From positions 47,246,001 to 47,310,000 of the forward strand of contig CM059432.1 in the NCBI GenBank assembly GCA_030390025.1: a stretch of 64,000 bases of DNA, written 5' to 3'. Under the pieces are notes generated by a model. That model searched no databases, had not been told where the DNA came from, and saw only the letters and a program-made list of their open reading frames with translations. Position 1 is the stretch's first letter. Each line of letters begins with the position of its first letter. Shown here piece after piece: positions 13,360 to 27,283 of this stretch. The position numbers were made by a program, and so were the translations under genes. The stretch is from Squalus acanthias (Eukaryota).

Positions 13360-16300
13360 ATATCCTCCTTAGATACAGGAGTGTGCAAGCGGACTGGAGA
13401 ATTGCAAATGTTACATCCTTGTTCAAAAAAGGGTGCAAGGATAAACCCAGCAACTACAGGCCAGTGAGTTTAACCTCCGTAGTGGGGAAGCTTTTAGAAA
13501 CGATAATCCGGGACAAAATTAACAGTCACTTGGACAAGTATGGATTAATTAAGGAAAGCCAGCACGGATTTGTTAAAGGCAAATCGTGTTTAACTAACTT
13601 GATCGTGTTTTTTGATGAAGTAACAGAGGGTTGATGAGGGCAATGCGGTTGACGTGGTATACATAGACTTCCAAAAGGCATTTGATAAAGTGCCACATAA
13701 TAGGCTTGCCAGCAAAGTTGAATATGGAATAAAAGGGACAGTGGCAGCATGGATACAAAATTGGCTAAGTGACAGGAAACAGAGAATAGTGGTGAACAGT
13801 TGTTTTTCAGACTGGAGGATCTTACACAGTGGTGTTCCTCAGGGGTTGGTACCAGGACCACTGCTTTTCGTGATATATATTAATGACTTGGACTTGGGTG
13901 TACAGGGCACAATTTCAAAATTTGCAGATGATACAAAACTTGGAAGTATAGTGAACAGTGAGGAGGAGAGTGATAGACAGGCTGGTGAAATGGGCAGACA
14001 CATGGCAGATGAAATTTAACGCAGAAAAGTGCGAAATTATACATTTTGGTAGGAAGAATGAGGAGAGGCAATATAAACTAAAGGGTACAATCCTAAAGGG
14101 GGTGCATGAACAGAGAGACCTGGGGTTATATGTGCACAAATCGTTGACGATGGCAGGGCAGGTTGAGAAAAGTTAAAAAAGCATACGGGATCCTGGGCTT
14201 CATAAATAGAAGCATAGAGTACAAAAGCAAGGAAGTTATGATGAACCTTTATAAATGGAGTATTGTGTCCAATTCTGAGCACCGCACTTTAGGAAGGATG
14301 TGATGGCCTTAGAGAGGGTGCAGAAAAGATTTACGGAAATGGGTTCCAGGGATGGGGGACTTCAGTTACGTGGATAGACTAGAGAAACTGGGGGTTTTCT
14401 CCTTGGAGCAGAGAAGGTGGAGAGGAGATCTGATAGAGGTGATCAAAATCATGATGGGTCTAGACAGTAGATAGAGAGAAACTGTTCCCATTGGTGGAAG
14501 GGTCGAGAACCAGTGTGAAGGGTATAGAAGGTGCGGAATTCCTAAAATGCATCCAGGAGAAATTTTTTAGCTAGTATGTAGCAAGCCCAACAAGGGAGGG
14601 TACGGTTCTGGACTTAGTTTTAGGGAATGAAGCTGGGCAGGTAGAAGGCGTATTAGTGGGGGAGCATTTTGGTGCTAGTGACCATAATTCTGTTAGATTT
14701 AAGGTAGTTATGGAAAAGGACAAGGATAGACCAAGAATAAAAATTCTAAATTGGGAAAAGCAAATTTTGCTAAGCTCAGAGGGGATTTAGCCATAGTGGA
14801 TTGGAAACAGCTACTTGAAGGTAAATCAGTGTTAGAGCAGTGGGAGGCATTCAAGGACGAGATCCAGAGGGTTCAGACCAAACATGTGCCCTTAAAGGAA
14901 AAAGGTGGGACTAACAAATTTAGAGCCCCCTGGATGTCTAAAGACATGCAGAGTAGGATAAAGAAAAAATGGGAGGCGTATGACAGATACCGAGGGCTAA
15001 ATACTCCAGAATCTTTAGAGGAGTACAGAAAGTGCAAGGGTGCAATTAAAAAGGATATTAGGAAAGCAAAGAGAGAGCATGAAAAATTCTTGGCAAGTAA
15101 AATCAAGGAAAACCCAAAGATGTTTTATAAATATATTTATTAAGAGTAAGAGGATAACTAAAGAAAGGGTAGGGCCTATTAGAGATCATGAGGGTAATGT
15201 GTGTGTGGAGGCAGGAGATGTCGGTAGGGTTCTTAATGAATACTTTGCGTCTGTTTTCACAAAGGAGAGGGGCGAAGCAGACATTTCTATCGGGGGGGGG
15301 AGGAGTGTGAAATATTAGATGAAATAAACATAGTGAGAGAGGAAGGATTAAGGGGTTTAGCAGCTTTAAAAGTGGATAAATCCCCAGGCCTGGATGAAAT
15401 GTATCCCAGGCTGTTAAGCGAAGCAAAAGAGGAAATAGCAGAGGCCCTGACCATCATTTTTCAATCCTCTCTGGCTTCAGGTGTGGTGCCGGAGGACTGC
15501 TAATGTGGTACCCTTGTTTAAAAAAGGAGAAAAGGATAGACCGAGTAATTACAGGCCAGTCAGCCTAACCTCAGTGGTGGGAAAATTACTGGAAAGAATT
15601 CTGAAGGGCAGGATAAATCTTCATTTAGAAAGACACAGATTAATCAAGGATAGTCAGCACGGATTTGTTAAGGGAAGGTCGTGTCTGACAAACTTGACTG
15701 AATTTTTTGAGGAGGTAACAAGGAGGGTAGATGAGGGTAGTGCGTTTGATGTAGTGTATAAGGACTTTAGCAAGGCTTTTGATAAGGTTCCACATGGCAG
15801 ACTGGTCACGAAGTTAAAAGCCCATGGGCAAAGTGTCAAATTGGATTCAAAACTGGCTCGGACACAGGAAGCAGAGGGTAATGGTTGATGGATGTTTTTG
15901 TGACTAGAAGGCTGTTTCCAGTGGGGTTCCGCAGGGCTCAGTACTAGGTTCCTTGTTTTTTGTGGTATATATCAATGATCTACACTTGAATATAGGGAGT
16001 ATGATTAAGAAGTTTGCAGATGTTACTAACATCAGCTGTGTGGTTGATACTGAAGAAGGAAGCTGTAGACTGCAGGAAGTTATCAATAAATTGGGTCAGG
16101 TGGGCAGAACAGTGGCAAATGGAATTCAATCCTGAGAAGTGTGAGGTAATGCATTTGGGGAGGGCTAACAAGGAAATAGAATACACATTAAATGGTAGGA
16201 TACTGAGTAGTGTAGAGGAACAAAGGGACCTTGGAGTGCATGTCCACAGATCCCTGAAGGTAGCAGGGCAAGTAGATAAGGTGGTTAAGAAGGCATACGG

Positions 16301-17240
16301 AATGCTTGCCTTTATTAGCCGTGGCATAGAATACAAGAGCAGGGGGGTTATGCTTCAACTGTATAAAACACTAGTTAGACCTCAGCTAGAGTACTGCGTG
16401 CAATTCTGGTCACCACATTACAGGAAAGATGTGATTGCACTAGAGAGGGTACAGAGGAGATTTACAAGGATGTTGCCGGGAGTAGAGAATCTTAGCGATG
16501 AGGAAAGACTGGATAGGCTGGGTCTGTTTTCCTTGGAACAGAAGAGGCTGAGGGGAGACCTTACTGAGGTGTATAAAATTATGAGGGTCATAGATAAAGT
16601 GGATAGAAAGGACCTATTTCCCTTAGCAGAAGGGTCAAAAACCAAGGGGCACAGATTTAAAGTAATTGGTGGAAGGTTTAGAGGGGATTTGAGGGGAAAT
16701 TTCTTCACCCAGAGGGTTGTGGGGGTCTGGAACTCACTGCCTGAAAGGGTGGTAGAAGCAGGAACCCTAACCACATTTAAAAAGTACTTGGATGTGCACT
16801 TGGGATGCTCTAACCTGCAGGGCTACAGACCAAGAGCTGGGAAGTGGGATTAGGCTGGATAGCTCTTTGTTGGCCAGCACGGACACGATGGGCCGAAATG
16901 GCCTCCTTCCGTGCTGTAACTTTCTATGATTCTATGAACCAGAGGGCACAGATTTAAGGTGATTGGCAAAAGACCCAAAGTCAACATGAGAAAAGAACTT
17001 TATGCAGCGATGATTTTATGATTAAGTGGTTAGGATCTGGAATGCACTGCCTGAAAGGGTGGTGGAGGCAGACTCAATCATGGCTTTCAAAAGGGAATTG
17101 GATAAGTACCTGAAAATAAAAATTGGCAGGGCTACGGGGAAAGGGTGGGAGAGTGGGACTAGCTGCAGTGCTCTTGCAGAGAGCCGGCACAGGCTCGACA
17201 GGCTGAATGGCCTCCTTCTGTGCTGTAACCATTCTATGAT
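13360..17240 (+). mobile_element. CR1 LINE (13360-14513 and 16936-17240) interrupted by a second CR1
   Basis: RT fragments (NYRPVSLTSVVGK, KFADDTK); 3' end resumes at gaaccagagggcac. Confidence 0.88.
14514..16935 (+). mobile_element. Nested CR1 LINE (endonuclease end, RT, 3' tail ttctatgattctat)
   Basis: ORFs 14751, 15481 and 16014; flanked by the GAACCAG duplication. Confidence 0.9.
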
Positions 17241-17677
17241 TAAGAGGTTAGCGAACAATGTTGTGGATTCTACAGAAATTATGAAATGGGTTTACTTAGA
17301 TTTTTTGCAGGATAGTGTGACTTTTGAAATGAAGGTGGCTAGAAAAGGGCAGAATATTCAATAAAGGGCACTGAGGGTCTTTCCAGATATGATGTCTAGG
17401 GTGTCAGATGTCTACACCCAACTTTGAATCACACCATTTTAACTTAACTACCATGAGATTATGGATATAAAAAGTGGGCATATTGAGTATGTTAAACTGG
17501 CTTGCTCAATGTAGTGAGATGTTAGATAACCAAGCATCCAGAAATTATAATTTTTCAGAGTACGTATGAATGAATGAAAGACTGCACGAACATGGGACCA
17601 CTGTCACTCAAACCACTTCACATTTCACTTTTGTATTTTATTTAATAGCCTCAAAGTAGCCAATAATGATGCCTTTC

Positions 17678-18835
17678 CTCGCCTCGGAGTCAGAAGGTTG
17701 TGGGTTCAAGTTCCACTCCAGAGACATAAGCACGAAAATCTAAGCTGACACTCCAGTGCAGTACTGAGGGAGTGCTGCACTGGCAGCAGTGCCGTCCTTC
17801 GGAAGACACGTTAAACCGAAGCCCCGTCTGCTTTCAGGTGGACGTAAAAGATCCCATGGCATTATTTCAAAGAAGAGCAGGGGAGTTATCCCTGGGGTCC
17901 TGGCCAATATTTATCCCTCAATCAACATAACAAAAACAGATGATCACATTGGGCCAAAAATTCGGCCCTTCCCGGGTGAGTACACAGTGCGCACTCACCC
18001 GTAAGGCGTCCCGAAGTGCCGGCTTCCTGCATGCACGGGAAACGGCAACTTCCGGTCTCGTGAAGGGAGCGGTTCAGAGGTGAACCACGTGCGCGGTAGA
18101 GGCTGCGCACACGCAGCAAACTTAGGTTTTTTTTCAGGTTTCTACGGGAGGGTAAGTATTGAAGAACCTGCACATTTAAAAAGGAGGCGCAGGAGCCGTT
18201 TTCAACAAGGTAAGTGGTTAATTAAGTATAATGTAAAACATTTTTCAACAGGTTTATCTTTTTTAGATACTTTAAAGAAAGGTAAGTTTATTTTTAGCAC
18301 TGTTAAAAAGTATTTTAATTTTTTCAAAAATTTAAATTTTTGTTTAAAGTAGTTAATTTATTTAACTATAGTTATTTTATAAATGTGATGGGTTTTTTTT
18401 AATTTATTTTAAGTTTAGCTGTTCTTTTGGGGCCGATTTCAATTCATACATTTGACAGGTCTTCCTGTCAAATCTATGAATGAAAGATGGTCTGCTGCCA
18501 TTGGCTCTCCATGGCCCACATGATCCCAGGGGACGCATCGCACTAACTGCGCCCCTGGGACACGCAAGCACTGCGCGCCGGCACTTGGAGCAGGCCCAGG
18601 AGCTGAAGTTCCCGTGGGCCCAAAACACAACGGCAGGCGCGGTAGGTAAGTGCGCGCGCGATCCTTACCCCCGCAGCAAGCCGGAGAGGCGAATTTCAGG
18701 GCCATTGATGTTTGTGGGAGCTTGGTGTGTGCAATTGGGTGTCGTGTTTCCTACAACAGTGACTACACTTCAAAAGTGCTTCATTGGCTGTAAAGGTTGT
18801 GAAAGGCATTATGTAAATGCACGCCTTTCTTTCTT
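17678..18835 (+). mobile_element. tRNA-derived Deu-domain SINE (SacSINE1-like) split by a MITE
   Basis: B-box-like ggttcaagttcc; TAAAAGATCCCATGGCA..CCTGGCCAA core; L2-like tail; reverse-homologous to 37754-38200. Confidence 0.78.
17951..18703. mobile_element. MITE family A copy 1 (about 750 bp), TSD ATT
   Basis: TIRs GGGCCAAAAATTCG / CGAATTTCAGGGCC; SINE sequence joins across it; homologous to 54508-55249. Confidence 0.85.
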
Positions 18836-19239
18836 AAGCCTAGGAAATGAGTTTAATTTTTAAGAGCCTTCTCGAAGGCCGACAAACGGACCCAATTAGC
18901 GGAAACTCAGCATGCTGATTAATTCTATGAGGGTGTGGCCAGCTTTGTAGGTGGGGTTGGCTTCCAGCGCAATGTTTTTTAAACCAACTCAAAAGATCGC
19001 AGAAACGCAATTTGCCCTGGATGAAACTTGTGCTTGAAATTCCTTGATCTTTTTCGCTGGTTTGGCCAATTTCAGGCGAATTGCACAAGTAAAACCCAGT
19101 CAAATTTAAAATATTTTTCTTTAATTTTCCTTCCTGTCTTTTTTCTCTCTTAATCCAATCTTTCATTCCCACTCTTTTTTTCTGTACCTAATTTGACATT
19201 GAATTCATCCACTCTAATTTACACTTCCTTCTCAGCTCT

Positions 19240-19800
19240 TTACAAAGTATGTACAGCACAGAAACAGGCCATTCGGCTTAACAGCTCCATGCCAGTGTTT
19301 ATGCTCCACACAAGCCTCCTCCCACTTTCTTCATCTAACCCCATCAACACATCCTTCTATTCCTTTCTCCCTCATGTGCTTATCTAGCTTCCCCTTAAAT
19401 GCATCTATCCTATTCGCCTTAACTACTCCTTGTGGTAGCGAGTTCCATATTCTAACCACTTTCTGGGTAAAGTAGTTTCTCCTGAATTTTCTATTGGATT
19501 TATTAGTGACTATTTTATATTTATAGCCCCTAGTTCTGGTCTCGCCCACAAGTGGAAACATTTTCTCTACATCTACCCTATCAAACCCCTTCATTAAGTC
19601 CTCTATCAGGTCACCCTTCAGTCTTCCCTTTTGTAGAGAATGTGCCCCAAGCCTGCTCAATCTTTCAATTCTGGTATCATTCTAGTAAATCTTTTTTGCA
19701 CCTCCTCCCGTGCCTCTATATCCTTTTTATAATATGGAGACCAGAACTGTTCACAGTACTCCAAGTGTGGTCTAACCAAGGTTTTATATAATTTAACAAA
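19240..19800 (-). mobile_element. CR1 3' fragment
   Basis: RPHLEYCEQFWSPY and FTQKVVRIWNSLP. Confidence 0.88.
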
Positions 19801-20054
19801 ACGTAAGTTTACATGTTTGACATAAGTTCTTGTGCTGTTAATTTCACAATCCTTCAATCCGATTGGTTAAGGAGATACACAGTTCCTTGCCCTAATCACT
19901 CAGGTCCCAGATGCCTGGTTTCCTTTGCTGTGACGTCATCAGCTCGCACTTTCAGCAACTTGCCACAGGAAAAAATGTAAAAACCTAAATGTGCAAGGGC
20001 AAGTCTAACTAACAGCAGATGCTGTTAGATGCCCTGCTACAACAATTTTGGCCA

Positions 20055-20806
20055 ATTGTCTTTGGTCCCCGCCACAATCTCTGTTCCCTAACCACCGTCT
20101 GAGGCGGAACCAGACTGTTTGAAAACTTGGCATCCTATTTGACCCGGAGCGGAGCTTCCAACCCCATGTCCTCTCCATCACCAAGACTGCCTTCTTCCAT
20201 CCCCATAACATCACTCATCTCCACCACTGCCTCAGCTCATCTGCTGCTGAAACAATCATCTATGCCTCTAGACTCGACTATTCCAATACTCTCTTGGCCG
20301 GCCTCCCACCTTGCACCCACTGTAAACTTGAGCTCATCAAACTTTTGCTGCCCATATACTAACTCGCACCAAGCCCCGTTCACCCATCACTCGTGCTCGC
20401 TGACCTACATTGTTTCCGGGTCCGGCAACGCCTCAATTTTAAAATTCTCATCCTTGTTCTCAAATCCTTCTATGGCCACGCCACTCTCCATCTCTGTAAC
20501 CTCCTCCAGCCCTACAACCCTCCGAACTCTCTGCGCTCCACCAATTCTAGCCTCTTGCACATCCAATTTTCATTGCTCCACCATTGGCAGCCATCCCTTC
20601 AGCTGCCTAGGCCCCAAGCTCTGGAAATCCCTTCCTAAACCTCTCCACCTCGCTGTCCTCCTTTAAGATGCTCCTTAAAACCCAACTCTCCTGTACTAAT
20701 ATTTCCTTAGGTGGCTTGGTGTCAAATGTTGTTTGATAACGCTCCTGTGAGGCGCCTTGGGATGTTTTACTACATTAAAGACGTTATATAAATGCAAGTT
20801 GTTGTT
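20055..20806 (+). mobile_element. L2 LINE 3' fragment
   Basis: FKILILV.K and LGPKLW.SLP motifs; tail aaatgcaagttgttgttg. Confidence 0.85.
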
Positions 20807-21857
20807 GCACTTGTGTAAAACTAGAGAATGTCTCCGAACTATAAGTGGCCCCAGTATAAATCCATTCCAACTGCACTGTTTTCAGATGTTAAACTAAATA
20901 TGCTCAGTTCCAAGAATCTGGGGGTACATCACTGGAATGCTCCTTGCAGCTGTTTCATGCAGCATCACCATTTAATGAACAGGATATTGTGATGCTGCAC
21001 TGCTCCATCACTTGCACATAGACTCAATTTCTTGTAATCCACTGGTTTTTGCCCACTTATTTTGGCCCACAGCACCTTTGTACAGGCTGACAATATTTCA
21101 CTCCCCACTTTGGTGAACTTCTGTTGGGACCCCTAATCCCTGCCAAGGGTTTGCAAAGCATAACGGTTTAGTGCTGGCCTTGGCAGATTCGGCAGGGATG
21201 GCCGTTTCTATTTTAGAAAAGTGAAAAGCTTTCAGTGCACCAGTCTCTGAGCTTGAGTGCTGGGACTGTAAAATTTACCCCTATATGTAATTTGTTTATA
21301 CTCTACTATTAGTATTCGTTGAATCTGTGCTTCATAGAGACAAAAACAGAGGGCTAGTAGTACTGTACAAGAGTTCGGGGCATATGACCAAATGCATGGT
21401 TCAAAGATGTAGGTTTTGAAGGTTGGAAAGATAAATCAAGACAGAAGAGAAGAGTTTAGGGAGAGTGTGCAAATGTGGGGCAAAGATCACTAAAGATTCT
21501 GCCACCAAAGGTGGAGCAGAAATATGGTGATGCAAAGGATGTCACAGTCAGAATAGTGGCAATTAGTGGCTGGAGAAGCTTGCAGAGATAGGGATGGGGG
21601 AAGTCCATGGAGGGATTTGTAGATGAGAATTTTAAATTCAACACATTGGAGGATGGGGAACCAATAGAAGTTGGTGAGTACAGGGGTAGTAAGAGTACAG
21701 GACTTGGTTAAGGACATGGTCCCTGTGCTGGGATTTTAGTTTATGTAGGGTGGGGCTTTGGAGGCCAGGAAGAATACAGAAGTCGAGCCTAGAAATGAAC
21801 ATGTGCGTTAGGGTTTCAGGAGTAGGAGGAGAGAGACAAGGGGGGGAGGCAGGAGAC

Positions 21858-22492
21858 ATGCATGCAGGTACAGCAAGCAATAAGGAAGGCAAATGGCATG
21901 TTGGCCTTTATTGCAAGGGGGTTGGAGTACAAGAGTAAGGAAGTCTTACTACAATTCTACAGGGCTTTGGTGAGACCACACCTGGAGTACCGTGCACAGT
22001 TTTGGTCTCCTTATTGGAGAAAGGTGGTGCAACGAAGGTTTGCTGGATTGATCCCTGGGTTGAGAGGGTTGTCCTATGAGGAGAGATTGAGCCTATACTC
22101 TCTGGAGTTTAGAAGAATGAAAGGTGATCTCATTGAAAAATGCAAGATTCTGAGGGGAATTGACAGGGTAGATGCTGAGAGGTTGTTTCCCCTGGCTGGA
22201 GAGTCTAGAACCAGGGGGCATAGTCTCAGGTTAAGGGGTCAGCTATTTAAAACTGAGATGGAGGAATTTCTTCACTCAGAGGGTTGTGAATTTTGGAATT
22301 CTCTACCCCAAAGGGCTGTGGATGCTGAGTCGTTGAGTATATTCAAGGCTGAGATAAATAGATTTTTGGACTCTAGGGGAATCAAGGGATATGGGAATCG
22401 GGCGGGAAAGTGGAGTTGAGGTCGAAGATCAGCCATGAGCTTATTGAATAGGGCCATATGGCCTACTCCTGCTCCTAATTCTTATGTTCTTA
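21858..22492 (+). mobile_element. CR1 3' fragment
   Basis: ORF 21862-22419; tail ttcttatgttctta. Confidence 0.9.
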
Positions 22493-22774
22493 CATACAGG
22501 ATTTTGTTGATAGATACGATATGGGGTTTGAACCTCAACTTGAGAATACCAAGTTATGCATCAAATTCAGCTTGAGTAAGCAGCAGAGGCTCGGGTGCAG
22601 AGTTTTTGACAAGAGCCAAACAAAATGTCTTCAACCCTGGCAATATGCAATTGGACAAAATTCCGGTTCATCCATAATTTGATGTCGGACAAGCAGTCAG
22701 ACAGCTCAGTGCTGATCATGGTGTCAAGTGTGTTGGAGGAGAGGTAGAGCTGGGTATCAATCAGTATACACATG

Positions 22775-23605
22775 GGGCAGAATTTTCATTGACCCGTGGA
22801 GGCGGGTTTGGCGGCGTGTGGGGGGTTAAAATAGCAGATTCGGGGGTCCCGAACCCAACCCGCCTCCATGCCAGTTTCACAGGAGGCGGGTACCCGACCT
22901 GTGCTGGGACCCGCCTCCCTGAGGTGGGAAGGGGATTAGTGCCAATAAACTGCCTGTTAACAGGTAGTTAACAGCCAGTTTTTTGCCTAATCCCTATTTT
23001 TGGCCCTGAAGTGTGGGCTTCCCAACAGGTCCGAACCACGCCGATTTAGCGAGGCGGACCGTCAGTCTGGAGGGCTTGGAGGGGTCGAGATGTCCGGTGT
23101 GCAGGTGAGTGATGGGTGCATGAGTGCAGAGGTAAGTGTGTTTGGTGTGTGTAAAGTGTTTTAAGAACTTGTACTTACCTTAACTTTGTCCTGCAGGCTT
23201 CCTTCCTTCAGTTCTCGGGAGTCCCTCAGTTCACCGGCACAGAAAGCAGAATGGCCGTGGAGCTGTCAAAAGCTGCAGTCTCTGCTTTCTGTGCTGGATT
23301 GATTTCTAACTGAGTCTAAGTCCAGAGACTCAAGTTAGAAATCATATTGTCAGTGTTTGACAGCTTCACAGAGCTGTCAAACGCTGAAATTTCATCTGTC
23401 AAAAGCTCGACAGATGAAATTTCAATGGCTGACGTCACCTGTATCCAAGGGACCCTTGATTGGCCTGCTAAGCCTGCTGGGTGGGCTTAACAAGATCAAT
23501 CAAGGGAAAATACAGTGGGTTGGCCACAAGTCGATGGAGGCGGGACTACAACCCAAAAAGTGGGAGTCCCGCCTCCATCACGACCCCATTGACAAAATCC
23601 AGCCC
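22775..23605. mobile_element. MITE (831 bp), TSD ATG
   Basis: TIRs GGGCAGAATTTT / AAAATCCAGCCC; host L2 cacATG|gaaactgacccc rejoins. Confidence 0.82.
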
Positions 23606-23639
23606 ATGGAAACTGACCCCATGCTAACCAGAGATGTCA

Positions 23640-24131
<492 letters not shown>

Positions 24132-24429
24132 TTAAAGGGAAAAAAAGAGTCACCTTTGATGCAATTCAATATGCTGCAAATGCATTTTATATCCAGCACA
24201 GTAAATACATAATTATTTAATGGATGCATAGTTTGTTTGAGCTATACATTAAAGCTGCATTTACAGTACAGATGTAGTAACACTGCAAGATGATTTTGCT
24301 TCACATTGCTGCTAACTCCCGCCAGGAGTTTAAATCGTGGCTGAAATCTTAAGATTGAGGATGAAGGAATGATGCAGATACTAAACGGGTGCAGCAGGAG
24401 AGTGGGGAACCTTCGTAGAAATTCTACCG

Positions 24430-24700
24430 CATTGTGTCCCGTTTTGGGTACACTACTTTAGGAATTACGTCAAGGCCATGGAGAGGATACATGAGATTTA
24501 CTAAAATTGTCAAGGATGAGAGGCTTTAGTTATGAGGACAGAGTAGGGAAATTGGAACTTAAAAAAGAGATAAATATTTGATAAAGAAATTTTAAAAAGG
24601 TATGGGGACAAAGCAGAAGAATGGGACCAAGTGGATAGCTCTTTCAGAGCCAACACAAGCATGATGGGCTGAATGGCCTTTCGTGCTATAAATTGTGTGA
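24430..24700 (+). mobile_element. Degraded CR1 3' fragment
   Basis: ttgtgtcc.gttttgg..cac.actttagga and gatgggctgaatggcct tail. Confidence 0.6.
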
Positions 24701-24778
24701 ATTTATGATGATTATAATAATAAAATACTTCATTTCTAAGACTTACTTTAAACAGTTCCAAAACAATAAAAGTCAAAG

Positions 24779-25331
24779 GAGGGGAGATTCACCTCTGTAA
24801 TCCCAACCAAAATCAGGTGACGTCGCAGCAGAGCCTGTTGGAAAATTCAGGTGGAGAGGCCAATACTTCGCAGTGCTGACTGGGATTGTCCTCCCCAGCC
24901 CCCACTGGGACTGCTGCTGCTCCTCCCCTGCCCACTGTATGCAAATGACCTGACTCCTCGACAGATTTCCATCCCAGTAACTGCTGCTTCCTGGGGCTGC
25001 CATGTGGAAGGTGGCAATAAGCCACGGAAGCAACAAAGGCCCCCTTGTAGAGGCCTCCTCTCCTTTCAGTTGGCCCCTATTACCTGCTGAAGGCTTCAAT
25101 CTTGGCCCAGGCCTTCAGTGGTTGCCTTCATTCTGATCTTGAGATCACTTCTGCCCCTTTAAGGTTCTTCATCGCCAGAAGTTCCTCACTTGCATTAACA
25201 GGCTCCTTATTGACATCTAGGAGCCTGCCATGTATATGCAATGAGCCCCAATCCAGGAAAATGGGTCGAGGTCGTGGCAGGCATTAATCTGCCCTCATGG
25301 AACTCTGCCTCAAAGAGGAGAATCCACCTCC
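24779..25331. mobile_element. Degenerate MITE-like element
   Basis: Ends ggggagattcacctc / gaggagaatccacc form an imperfect inverted pair; GC-rich interior. Confidence 0.45.
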
Positions 25332-25992
25332 AGATGGCTTACCACCTTAACAGTCCTCACGTAATTTTGGACTATCTATCCATGAAGAAAAGTTTTACAT
25401 GAGAGATGAACCCCACAGCCCTTCCTTCAGCCTCCAGCTCTTGTAGCAGTAGTGAGAGCAGACTTAGCCAGCAAGGACTCCATGCAATTATCTCTCTCTC
25501 CCCTTTAATGCAAGCTGGCACAAAAGCAAGATAAAAATATTGTTCACAATTTTTCAAGGCTAACTTACTGTGAAACACTTTTTACACAAACAAAAAGCAT
25601 CCAGTTTGAACCATTATCTGGGATGCCTCGTCTCAACAAAGGTCCTGTTTACCACATGTTCAGGTGAAAATCTCCAACTCTGGTATCCAAGAGGCCACCT
25701 TGTTTCTTCAAGTGAAAACTACTTATAGATTCCCTCTTAACTTTCTGTGCTCTAGTGAATACTAGTTTTCCAAGTTTCTCATTGCAACGACATAATGTCA
25801 TCCATGGTATCATGCCATTCAATCTATAATGTACCTTTTCCATGGCTAAATTACTCGAAACTGCACACAGTAAGATTTTGCTTCTTCAAGCATTTATCAG
25901 AATCCCTCTTAAAATGTATATATGCTGAATGCATGGAGTTAGTTTGTTTGTACTAATTTATTCGGTGTGCACCAACATATTAGCACAAATTA

Positions 25993-26316
<324 letters not shown>

Positions 26317-26504
26317 TCATAATGAAAAATCAAGTTTCATGCAAGAGAGAACTTATTGCCATCCTCACCACAATTTGTGGCCCTGCAAGTTTCACAATGA
26401 TTTTACCCATTTTGCAGAACTCCTGTAAGATAACAATGTATTCAAAATGCATTCCCATTTTTGTGTTTCATAAAACATCTTGTACAGACATTTGAATAAT
26501 AGAA

Positions 26505-26890
26505 GAAAAAGAACCTGCATTTATATCGCGCCCTTCACAACCTCAGGACGTCCCAAAGCGCTTTACAGCGCAGTATTTTTGAAGTGTAGTTACTGTTGTA
26601 ATGTAGGAAACTGGGCAGCCAATTTGCACACAGCAAGCTCCTACAAACAGCAATGTGATAATGATCAGATTTTTTTTTTATAGTGATGTTGGTTGAGGGA
26701 ATAAATATTGGCCAGGACACTGGGGAGAACTCCCCTGCTCTTCTTCAAAATAGTGCCGTGGGATCTTTAACATTCACCCGAGGGGGCAGACGGGGCCTCG
26801 GTTTAATGGCACTCTGACAGTGTAGCGCTCCATCAGTACTGCACTGACGTGTCAGCCTAGATTTTGTGCTCAAGTCTCTGGAGTGGCACT
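26505..26890 (-). mobile_element. Deu-domain SINE (SacSINE1-like)
   Basis: Homologous to 37754-38200. Confidence 0.8.
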
Positions 26891-27283
26891 TAACGCTCTC
26901 ACCCACCCACAAGCAGTAACCAGTTTATTTTCCAGTAAAAAAACTGCGAAATGGATTTTCAGGCAATTTTTTATTTGTAAATACATAGGGGGCTAAATTC
27001 GATAAGGCCCGAAAACTGACTCAGGGATAATGATGCGTGATCTACCCGCACCTGTTGAAAGTAATGCAGGCAGCACACAAAATTTGTGCTGCCTGCTAAT
27101 TAACCTGATTGAAATGCTGAGCCCAGTGCTGAACACGCAGCGGATTGCTCAGCGCTCAGCAGGGGGCTCAATTTTGTGGGAAGTGTGATCTCTGTTTAAA
27201 GGTAGCCTGTAGTTTTAAATGCAGTCTGCACTTCTTAAAGGGGAGGTGCTTTCTGAAATGTGCACCTCATTGTAATTGTTGCA

